Shown: positions 57,349 to 64,000 of the stretch, one piece after another
Layout: every line of letters begins with the position of its first letter
How positions within the stretch are numbered: position 1 is the stretch's first letter
Origin: Hadesarchaea archaeon
GTDB lineage: Archaea; Hadarchaeota; Hadarchaeia; Hadarchaeales; Hadarchaeaceae
DNA length: 64,000 bases
Assembly: GCA_029259175.1 (NCBI GenBank)
Contig: JAPDJH010000002.1
Span: forward strand, 128,673-192,672
Direction: 5' to 3'
Position numbers and translations under genes: made by a program
The notes under the pieces: generated by a model
The model's input: the letters and a program-made list of their open reading frames with translations, nothing else
The model's database searches: none
What the model was told of the DNA's origin: nothing

Positions 57349-57860
57349 TGCGCGTGGTGGTCGTCCTCTTCACCGGCACGGGACCCGGCAAAACCACGGC
57401 TGCTCTGGGCATCGCGCTGCGAGCGCTGGGGCACCGCAAGCGGGTGGTGATCGTCCAGTTCATAAAGTGGTGGAAACAGACAGGTGAGTACAGAATCGCC
57501 AAGCACCTGAGACCCCAGTACACCATCCGCCAGTTCGGCAGAAAAGGGTGGATCGGTTTGCGAAACCTCACCGAAGCCGACCGCCAGCTGGCCCTCAAAG
57601 GCCTGCGATTCGCCGAGCGCGTGCTGGAGAAAAACCCGGATGTCCTGGTGCTTGACGAAATCAACTTAGCCGTGCACTGCGGGCTGATAAAACCCGCGGA
57701 ACTCACTCGTCTGCTCAAACGCGTGCCGCGATCCACCGTGGTGGTGCTCACGGGACGGCACGCCCCGAAAGCGCTCATGCGCTTAGCCGACGTGGTCGTA
57801 GAGATGGTGCCGCGCAAGCTTCCGCGGGAATCTAAGCCCGTCGAAGGACTGAACTTTTAA
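57348..57860 (+). CDS. cobA: Cob(I)yrinic acid a,c-diamide / cob(I)alamin adenosyltransferase (CobA/CobO/BtuR family)
   Basis: The P-loop is FTGTGPGKTTAALG, and the DEIN motif is LVLDEINLA. Its ATG overlaps the nrdJ TGA (GTGATGC). Confidence 0.75.
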   Translation: MRVVVVLFTGTGPGKTTAALGIALRALGHRKRVVIVQFIKWWKQTGEYRIAKHLRPQYTIRQFGRKGWIGLRNLTEADRQLALKGLRFAERVLEKNPDVLVLDEINLAVHCGLIKPAELTRLLKRVPRSTVVVLTGRHAPKALMRLADVVVEMVPRKLPRESKPVEGLNF

Positions 57861-57921
57861 TTTTTGCCCAGAATAGGTTTAAGAAGCCAGCCGACAAAGA
57901 TAAGCGGTCGGAGGGAATCGG

Positions 57922-58287
57922 GTGCCAAAACGGACTGGACCCACTAACCCCGTGCTGCGCAAGCTAATTCGGGATGTGCGCAAACTAGGAAAGCGCAAAA
58001 ACGTGCGCGTGTGGCTGGCTGTTGCCGAACACTTGGAATCACCGCGGCGCCAGCGCGTGGAAGTAAATCTGAGCCAGATCAACCGGTACACCGTGGACGG
58101 TGAGACGGTGATTGTTCCCGGAAAAGTTCTTGCTGCCGGTGCGCTGACCCATCCTGTGACCGTTGCTGCGTTCAAGTTCTCTAAGACCGCGATTAAAAAA
58201 ATCCAGAGCGCGGGCGGGCGGGCGATAACGATTAAACAGCTCCTCGAGGAGAACCCCTCGGGCTCCGGTGTGAGGCTGATGGCATGA
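57922..58287 (+). CDS. rpl18e: 50S ribosomal protein L18e (eL18)
   Basis: The family signature is MPKRTGPTNPVLRKLIRDVRK... Confidence 0.85.
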   Translation: MPKRTGPTNPVLRKLIRDVRKLGKRKNVRVWLAVAEHLESPRRQRVEVNLSQINRYTVDGETVIVPGKVLAAGALTHPVTVAAFKFSKTAIKKIQSAGGRAITIKQLLEENPSGSGVRLMA

Positions 58288-58721
58288 CCGAGGAACTCGT
58301 GGTGAATGCTGAAAACGCGATAATGGGGCGCTTGGCCAGCTGGGTGGCAAAACGCCTGCTCGAAGGAAAGCGGGTTCACGTGGTAAACGCGGAGCGAGCG
58401 GTGATCAGCGGAAGGCGCGAAGCAATATTCGAGGAGTGGGACCGGTGGATGGAGACGCGTACCCTCACCAATCCGCGCAAGGGCCCGTTCCACCACCGGT
58501 ATCCCGAAGACATCCTGCGCTATGCGATTCGCGGCATGTTGCCCTACAAGAAGGCCAAGGGGCGAGCTGCGTTCAAGCGCCTGCGCGTTCACCGCGGGAT
58601 TCCGGAAAAACTGAAAAATCGCGAGATCGTAACCGTTCCAGAAGCGAGTGTAAAGCGTCTCAAAACCATGCGCCGGATAACTCTCGCGGAGTTGAGCAAA
58701 CATCTGGGGGCGAAGCTGTGA
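58284..58721 (+). CDS. rpl13: 50S ribosomal protein L13 (uL13)
   Basis: uL13 family sequence; its ATG overlaps the rpl18e stop. Confidence 0.9.
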   Translation: MTEELVVNAENAIMGRLASWVAKRLLEGKRVHVVNAERAVISGRREAIFEEWDRWMETRTLTNPRKGPFHHRYPEDILRYAIRGMLPYKKAKGRAAFKRLRVHRGIPEKLKNREIVTVPEASVKRLKTMRRITLAELSKHLGAKL

Positions 58722-59116
58722 AGACGGTAATCGGAGTCGGTCGAAGGAAAACGGCGTTGGCCCGAGCAGTTATCAAATCGGGCAGCGGACGCGTCAGCAT
58801 AAACCGGAAGGCCCTTGAGGTCATTGAGCCCGAGCTCGCCCGGTTGAAAATAATGGAGCCCCTTTTGCTCGCTGGCGACTTGGCGAAAAAAGTCGACATC
58901 GAAGTGAAAGTCAGCGGCGGCGGCATCATGGGGCAGGCTGAAGCCGTGCGGACGGCGATCGCGCGTGGACTCATCGAGTACAGCGGCGATCCCCAGCTGC
59001 GTGAACGCTTCAAGCAGTACGACTGGACCTTGGTGAAAAGCGACACGCGCTTCAAGGAGCCGAAGAAGCCGGGCGGGCCCGGAGCAAGGGCTAAATACCA
59101 GAAGAGCTATCGGTGA
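58718..59116 (+). CDS. rps9: 30S ribosomal protein S9 (uS9)
   Basis: VKTVIGVGRRKTALARAVIKSGSG... ends in ...KYQKSYR. The GTG start overlaps the rpl13 stop. Confidence 0.85.
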   Translation: MKTVIGVGRRKTALARAVIKSGSGRVSINRKALEVIEPELARLKIMEPLLLAGDLAKKVDIEVKVSGGGIMGQAEAVRTAIARGLIEYSGDPQLRERFKQYDWTLVKSDTRFKEPKKPGGPGARAKYQKSYR

Positions 59117-59121
59117 ACTGG

Positions 59122-59313
59122 ATGCGGCCCATACGCTGTTTTACGTGCGGAAAGCTGCTCGGCGACAAGTTCGAGGAGTTCGACAAGCGCGTGAAGGAGG
59201 GACAGGACCCCAAGCAAGTGCTCGATGATCTCGGCCTGAAGCGCTACTGCTGCCGGACGGTCATGCTCACAAGCATCGATGCGACGGACGAAATCGCAAA
59301 ATTCAAGCGGTAG
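59122..59313 (+). CDS. rpoN: DNA-directed RNA polymerase subunit N (Rpb10 homolog)
   Basis: The zinc motif is MRPIRCFTCGK...RYCCR. Confidence 0.85.
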   Translation: MRPIRCFTCGKLLGDKFEEFDKRVKEGQDPKQVLDDLGLKRYCCRTVMLTSIDATDEIAKFKR

Positions 59314-59315
59314 AT

Positions 59316-59906
59316 ATGCGACACGCGATTTTTGTATGCATAGCCGTGGGAGTAGTGGCGGTCGGTGCTCTTCTTCTTTATCCGCCGAAAGAACCAAGAG
59401 AAAAGGAGGGAATGCGAATAACTAGCTCAGCGTTCTCTAGCGGCGGACAGATTCCAACCAAGTATACTGCCGATGGGGAGAACATCTCTCCGCCACTCAC
59501 CATCGAAAACATTCCGGACAACACGGCCTCTTTGGTGATCATTATGGACGATCCGGATGCGCCCGGAAGCACTTTCACCCACTGGCTCCTCTGGAACATC
59601 GTCCCTCCACTTGTAGGTGTTCCAGAAGTCGAACCAGTTACTAGCATCAACATCCCCGAAAACATCCCTCCGGCGGAAATCGTTGAAGTGTTAGACACAG
59701 CGCGACAGGGAACTAACGATTTTGGTGAGATCGGCTACGGAGGACCGAGCCCGCCGCCCGGGTCTCCCCACCACTATCACTTTACTGCTTATGCCCTAGA
59801 CACATTGCTCGACTTAGAGCCCGGAGCTACGAGAGACCAGTTAGAAGCTGCCATGAAAGGCCACGTGTTGGATCAAGCGGTTCTCGTCGGGGTCTACCAG
59901 CGGTAG
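59316..59906 (+). CDS. YbhB/YbcL (PEBP/RKIP-like) family protein with signal peptide
   Basis: The PEBP motif reads DDPDAPGSTFTHWLLWNI...GYGGPSPPPGSPHHYHF. Confidence 0.7.
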   Translation: MRHAIFVCIAVGVVAVGALLLYPPKEPREKEGMRITSSAFSSGGQIPTKYTADGENISPPLTIENIPDNTASLVIIMDDPDAPGSTFTHWLLWNIVPPLVGVPEVEPVTSINIPENIPPAEIVEVLDTARQGTNDFGEIGYGGPSPPPGSPHHYHFTAYALDTLLDLEPGATRDQLEAAMKGHVLDQAVLVGVYQR

Positions 59907-59937
59907 GTTTATCCACTCCCAAGGTCTAGGAGTAGCG

Positions 59938-61239
59938 ATGGCAGCCGAATGGTACTTGGATTTTGTTGATTTGAAGCACAGACCCCGAGCCGACGAAATC
60001 TTGGCGCTGTTCAAGGTCGAGCCCGCGAGCGGGATGAGCATCCGAGAAGCCGCAGGGCGTGTTGCCTCGGAAAGTTCGATTGGGACGTGGACTAAGCTCA
60101 CGACGCTGAAGCCCCGCATGCGCAGGCTGATGGCGCACGTCTATGAGATTGAGGGCCCCTGGGTCAAGGTCGCCTACCCGCTGGAGCTCTTCGAGGAGGG
60201 CTCCGTGCCAGGACTGGCGAGCGCGATCGCGGGAAATATCTTCGGGATGAAGGCGCTAAAAAATCTAAGGCTGGTGGATGTGCAACTTCCACGGAAGTAT
60301 TTGCGGAGCTTCAAGGGACCGCTCTTTGGTAGGCAAGTGATCAAGAAGATTTTCAGACGGAAGTCCGGACCGATAACCGCAGTGGTCCCAAAGCCCAAGG
60401 TCGGGTTCACCTCGCGGGAGCACGCCGCCGAAATCGGCTATGCGCTCTGGCGCGGAGGAATCGACTGCGTGAAGGACGATGAAAACCTGACGAGCCAGCG
60501 CTTCAATCGGTTCGAGCGCAGGGTGAAGCTGCTCGCGAAGTTCCGGGACAAGGCAGAGCGGGAGACAGGCGAGGTCAAAGACGCCTTCATCAATGTCACG
60601 GCTCCGAATCTCAGAGAGCTCGAGCGCAGGGTCAAACTGGTTCACGAGCACGGATTCAGGTACTTCATGATCGACGTGGTGGTCAGCGGCTTCACGGCGG
60701 TGCAAACGGCCACAGACCTCGCGCGCGACTACGGGATGGCCATCCACGGGCACCGCGCCATGCACGCGGCGTTCACGCGCAACCCTAGGCACGGGATTTC
60801 GATGCTCTGCCTAGCAAAGCTCATGCGCGTGATGGGCGTGGACCAGCTCCACATAGGAACGGTCATCGGGAAGCTCGCCGGGGCAAAAAGAGAAGTGCTC
60901 GCCATCAAGGAGCTGATCACCCAGCAGGAGGTCGAGGAGATCCCGGGCCTGCGGATGCCCCAGCGCTGGGGCGAGATAAAGCCCATGCTCCCCGTTGCCT
61001 CGGGAGGGCTTCACCCCGGAATCCTGCCGGAAGTCTTTGACATCTACGGGACCACGGATCTCGTGATCCAGGTTGGTGGCGGGACGCTGGGTCACCCGAT
61101 GGGTGCCCAAGCTGGAGCGAGGGCGGTTGTTCAGGCGATCGAGGCATACAAGGCTGGTGTAAGCTTGGAGGAATACGCCAAGACCCACCAAGAACTCAGG
61201 GCCGCTCTGAAGCACTGGGGACGGACGAAACCGGTATAA
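59938..61239 (+). CDS. rbcL: Ribulose-1,5-bisphosphate carboxylase/oxygenase large subunit, archaeal type III
   Basis: GGIDCVKDDENL and the catalytic Lys region are present. The ~430-aa product is the type III length. Confidence 0.9.
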   Translation: MAAEWYLDFVDLKHRPRADEILALFKVEPASGMSIREAAGRVASESSIGTWTKLTTLKPRMRRLMAHVYEIEGPWVKVAYPLELFEEGSVPGLASAIAGNIFGMKALKNLRLVDVQLPRKYLRSFKGPLFGRQVIKKIFRRKSGPITAVVPKPKVGFTSREHAAEIGYALWRGGIDCVKDDENLTSQRFNRFERRVKLLAKFRDKAERETGEVKDAFINVTAPNLRELERRVKLVHEHGFRYFMIDVVVSGFTAVQTATDLARDYGMAIHGHRAMHAAFTRNPRHGISMLCLAKLMRVMGVDQLHIGTVIGKLAGAKREVLAIKELITQQEVEEIPGLRMPQRWGEIKPMLPVASGGLHPGILPEVFDIYGTTDLVIQVGGGTLGHPMGAQAGARAVVQAIEAYKAGVSLEEYAKTHQELRAALKHWGRTKPV

Positions 61240-61292
61240 AACCGCCGCACGGGAAGCGAGATTGTTTTTTATTTGCCGTCCCTAATCTTAGC

Positions 61293-61370
61293 GGGGCCGT
61301 GGGGTAGCTTGGTCTAGCCTACCAGCTTGGGGTGCTGGCGACCCGAGTTCAAATCTCGGCGGCCCCACCA
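61293..61370 (+). tRNA. tRNA-Pro (anticodon GGG), CCA encoded
   Basis: The acceptor is GGGGCCG/CGGCCCC. The anticodon arm is CCAGC-TTGGGGT-GCTGG, and the T-arm is CCGAG-TTCAAAT-CTCGG. Confidence 0.8.
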
Positions 61371-61397
61371 TTGGGATTGCTTTAGAAATCTGCTGAA

Positions 61398-61691
61398 ATG
61401 AACGTAGCCGTATTTTATGAGACCTTTTATCAAAGTGAATTTGGGGGGAAAAGCTTGAAGAAAAATCATCCTATTTCAGAAGGAAGCATTGTAAAAACAG
61501 CACCGAAAACAAAAGCACTTTATGACGGAAAGCTGTTTATTCCCTGCCCTGCTTGCACTGCGATAATCCCTGAGGATACCATAAGAAACATTGTTGAAAC
61601 AGTGCTGCAAGAAGCCAACCCCGAACTGCTCAAGAAGCTGAAATCGAGAAAACAGGGCACGACAAAAAGTGCATACGCGAATGAGAAATAG
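61398..61691 (+). CDS. Hypothetical small protein in AT-rich inter-tRNA segment (CPAC motif)
   Basis: This is an ORF only; GC in the segment is low (~38% by eye). Confidence 0.3.
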   Translation: MNVAVFYETFYQSEFGGKSLKKNHPISEGSIVKTAPKTKALYDGKLFIPCPACTAIIPEDTIRNIVETVLQEANPELLKKLKSRKQGTTKSAYANEK

Positions 61692-62000
61692 TACCTTCCA
61701 AGAAAGAAAAATAGACAAAATTCTCGCCAAATGGTTGAAACGGCGGGAATACATGATAATCCGCGGCCTATGCCAGAGTGGAAAAAAGGACAACACTGCT
61801 GCACCTCAAAGAAACACTGCCCGGTGTGGAGTATATCACGCTGGAAGATCCGGAATGAAAAAACGCACTCGTGTTCACCTCTGACACAGCGGGTGTCCGG
61901 CAGATCGGCCGACCAAGGTCATCTTTGTTCCGCACTACCTAGCATGAACGGCATATCCGATGGGACCACGATGTTTTGAAAACCAAAGGAGATTTTAACG
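61669..62000 (+). pseudogene. Degraded N-terminal fragment of a COG1373/DUF4143-type AAA+ ATPase gene (frameshifted, truncated)
   Basis: ...KRREYMIIRGLCQSGKKD reads like a Walker A motif. After a frameshift, TTLLHLKETLPGVEYITLEDPE* follows. This matches the N-terminal block of archaeal COG1373 ATPases. No C-terminal remainder was found. Confidence 0.4.
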
Positions 62001-62021
62001 GAGCAGTATTAGTCAACTTGA

Positions 62022-62099
62022 GCCCCGGTGGTGTAGCCCGGTCAATCATACTGGCCTTTCGAGCCAGCGACGCGGGTTCGAATCCCGCCCGGGGCACCA
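62022..62099 (+). tRNA. tRNA-Glu (anticodon TTC), CCA encoded
   Basis: GCCCCGGTGGTGTAGCCCGGTCAATCATACTGGCCTTTCGAGCCAGCGACGCGGGTTCGAATCCCGCCCGGGGCACCA. The anticodon stem is CTGGC/GCCAG with loop CTTTCGA. Confidence 0.8.
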
Positions 62100-62195
62100 C
62101 TTAGATGCTATCAACTCTGCTTCCAAACACAGCGGGGCGAAAAAGCCCGCGCGATGTTCCAACAAGAACGCATATTTAGCGTCAAATCATAGAAT

Positions 62196-62396
62196 TTGCT
62201 GATGAAACCGTGGGAAGATAAAAAAACGGTTGAATGCTTCCGCCGCATGAGTGGTTCGGAGAGTGTAAGGCTGACCATTGCTCTGAGCGAGGAGTATGCC
62301 ACCATATTTGCAAACTCGCTTGGAAAGAACAAACCCGATGCCGACGTTTATGATCTGATAAGAGGTGAGCGGGCACGCCGATCGAAGAAGTCTTAA
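62196..62396 (+). CDS. Small ribbon-helix-helix-like protein (candidate antitoxin/regulator)
   Basis: SVRLTIALSEEYATIFAN fits an RHH beta-strand followed by a helix. Confidence 0.4.
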   Translation: MLMKPWEDKKTVECFRRMSGSESVRLTIALSEEYATIFANSLGKNKPDADVYDLIRGERARRSKKS

Positions 62397-62932
62397 AACG
62401 GATAATAAAGATTCTCAAGCGAGCGAGCATACCCTACGCCCTCACCGGCGGAATTGCTGTCGGTTTCTACGGCTTTCCACGAGCCACATACGATGTCGAT
62501 GTGGTGATAGGGGGCCCCAGCCGAGACCTTCCCAAACTCGTCCAAATGCTCAAAAGAGCAGGATTTGAACTTAACCCCAACGAAGCAAAACTTATGATAG
62601 AAAAAGGAAACCGTTTTGTCTGCTACTTGGGCTCGTGCAGAGTTGATTTCTGGTTGGCAAAAACGCCTCGGGAACGGGCGGAGTTGAGGCGAGCAAAACC
62701 TGCAAAAATACTCGGCATGCGAACGCGTCTGCTCGCGCCCGAAGATGTGATTCTCCACAAGTTGAGTTCAGGCAGAGGAAAAGACTTCGAGGACGCTCTC
62801 GGCATACTCATTAGGCAAAAAGGAAAGCTCGACCTCCCATACCTAAAGTCTCGGGCTTCTGCTTTGTGGCTGGAACGAGCCATCACCAAGTTGTTTAGAG
62901 AGGCCGAGCGTGTGGAAGCCACGCAACTCTGA
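62393..62932 (+). CDS. Pol-beta-superfamily (MNT-type) nucleotidyltransferase lacking a canonical start codon in its open frame
   Basis: The frame is open from 62369. LKRIIKILKRASIPYALTGGIAVGFYGFPRATYDVDVVIGG carries the GG...DxD nucleotidyltransferase motif. The first ATG/GTG is at 62501, inside the conserved domain. The frame is offset by 1 from the upstream RHH ORF, whose TAA overlaps. Confidence 0.5.
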   Translation, partial: LKRIIKILKRASIPYALTGGIAVGFYGFPRATYDVDVVIGGPSRDLPKLVQMLKRAGFELNPNEAKLMIEKGNRFVCYLGSCRVDFWLAKTPRERAELRRAKPAKILGMRTRLLAPEDVILHKLSSGRGKDFEDALGILIRQKGKLDLPYLKSRASALWLERAITKLFREAERVEATQL

Positions 62933-62973
62933 GCGATGGATTTTAATCACCTTGTGGATAGGGATTTGGTATT

Positions 62974-63525
62974 ATGAAAGCCGATATCGATCTGGCCAAA
63001 TCCTACCGCCTGCTCTACCCAAAGCTCGTCGTGCTGGTGGGCTGCTACGATCCAGACACGAACAAGCCAAACGCAATCACCGTCGCATGGGCGGTGCCCC
63101 TTTCCATGTCTCCCCCCATGGCTGGCGTGTCCATCGCCCCCAGCCGCTACTCCCACGGCTTGATCGAACGCACGAAAGAGTTCACCATCAACGTGCCAAC
63201 AGCGGAACTGGCGGAAAAAGTGAGCCAGTGCGGAACCGCCTCCGGGAAGGAAGTGAACAAGTTTGAAGCATTCGGCCTGACTGCCAAGAAAGGAAAGGCC
63301 ATCTCAGCCCCCATCATCGAGGAGTGTGTGGCTCACCTCGAGTGCAAGCTGGCGGACGCGGTGCGCACCGGCGACCACACCCTCTTCGTGGGAAAAGTGG
63401 TCGCGGCCTATGTTGAGGAAGAGCTCTTCCGCAGCCAGCGTATGGACCCGACCAAGTTCAAGGGCCTCTACCAGATAGGGGGCACCACCTACACCACCCT
63501 GTCCGGAGAAATCATCCGGGGATGA
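62974..63525 (+). CDS. Flavin reductase-like FMN-binding domain protein (flavoredoxin family)
   Basis: The family pattern is LVVLVGCYDPDTNKPNAITVAWAVPLS... Confidence 0.7.
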   Translation: MKADIDLAKSYRLLYPKLVVLVGCYDPDTNKPNAITVAWAVPLSMSPPMAGVSIAPSRYSHGLIERTKEFTINVPTAELAEKVSQCGTASGKEVNKFEAFGLTAKKGKAISAPIIEECVAHLECKLADAVRTGDHTLFVGKVVAAYVEEELFRSQRMDPTKFKGLYQIGGTTYTTLSGEIIRG

Positions 63526-63681
63526 ACTCGTGCTTCCGCCCCAGCTGCGCCTGGTTGTCGAATACCTGCAAAACGCCGAGTTCTGCTTGGGCCTCTCGTC
63601 CGCCCTCGTGCTCCTAGTGAGAAGCATAGTCTTGGCGAGCGGAAACGTCAACGACGCGTCCTATTTGGTAACGGGGGGCTG

Positions 63682-63912
63682 ATGCTGGTCAGCGTGTTGC
63701 TCGCTCGAGGCTACCTCACCATAAGACGGCTGGACGAGATCCTGCCGGTTGTTCCAGTTTCAGGAATCACCGGGATACTCCTCTTGTCCAGCTCCGTGAT
63801 CTCGCTGGTGGTTGGAGGCAACTGGTGGACCACGTGGGTGATTCTGATAGCGGGAGTGCTGGCGCTCTACTCGGCCTACCTGCGCCTGCGGAGACCATCC
63901 CCACTCCTCTGA
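63682..63912 (+). CDS. Small hypothetical membrane protein (two TM helices)
   Basis: This is an ORF only, with hydrophobic segments. Confidence 0.3.
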   Translation: MLVSVLLARGYLTIRRLDEILPVVPVSGITGILLLSSSVISLVVGGNWWTTWVILIAGVLALYSAYLRLRRPSPLL

Positions 63913-64000
63913 CCGATGCTGTTCAAATAACGCTTTAGGTCTCTCCTCATAGAACGATTGGGGGCTAGGACCCGAGGGGATGGGAAACAACTCCAAGGAG

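Noticed and set aside
62393-62758. 121-aa minus-strand ORF
   Set aside because: It is antisense to the nucleotidyltransferase gene, Cys/Phe-rich, and has no family features.

Overview
This window is archaeal and most likely from a hyperthermophile. The rRNA is very GC-rich, translation is archaeal in type (eS17, eL18, RpoN, GatDE, TiaS, a histone), and there is a type III RuBisCO plus the F420/FO genes cofC, cofG and cofH. A single 16S-tRNA-Ala-23S operon lies on the minus strand. Its 23S gene carries an intron of about 860 nt that encodes a LAGLIDADG homing endonuclease. The rest is largely housekeeping, with ORFs matching: metG, arfA, mtaB, thiDN, moaDE, thpR, trpB2, glnA, queC, tiaS, apgM, lig, dacZ, purA, glmS, gatDE, nrdJ-cobA, an rpl18e-rpl13-rps9-rpoN cluster, rbcL, and tRNAs for Phe, Pro and Glu. 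There are four accessory or unusual regions. (1) At 4.1-9.9 kb a GC-rich insert replaces the 3' end of mtaB. It is followed by a decayed tandem duplication of a PQQ beta-propeller gene paired with a secreted Ig/Fn3-like gene, including a frameshifted copy and a 12-nt poly-C/G tract. (2) At 29-34 kb there is a type-IV-pilus-like ATPase with its membrane platform. The ATPase has an atypical Walker A motif and an N-terminal Cys-repeat extension, and small beta-grasp and hypothetical genes sit beside it. (3) At 51.2-51.9 kb a hicBA cassette is flanked by ~40-bp direct repeats that resemble the 3' end of the adjacent tRNA-Phe. (4) At 52-55.2 kb there is a GC-rich five-gene operon of class-III-signal pilin-like proteins with a [DE][EQ]RG motif, then a small HTH gene. 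Six copies of a 22-bp hairpin repeat (AACTACACA-CCCC-TGTGTAGTT) sit just upstream of TATA boxes and are arrayed upstream of nrdJ. Region (4) is the best candidate for an undescribed regulatory or surface-structure system. No CRISPR array was found; the repeat array was considered and rejected as CRISPR. All boundaries are by eye and approximate where noted.
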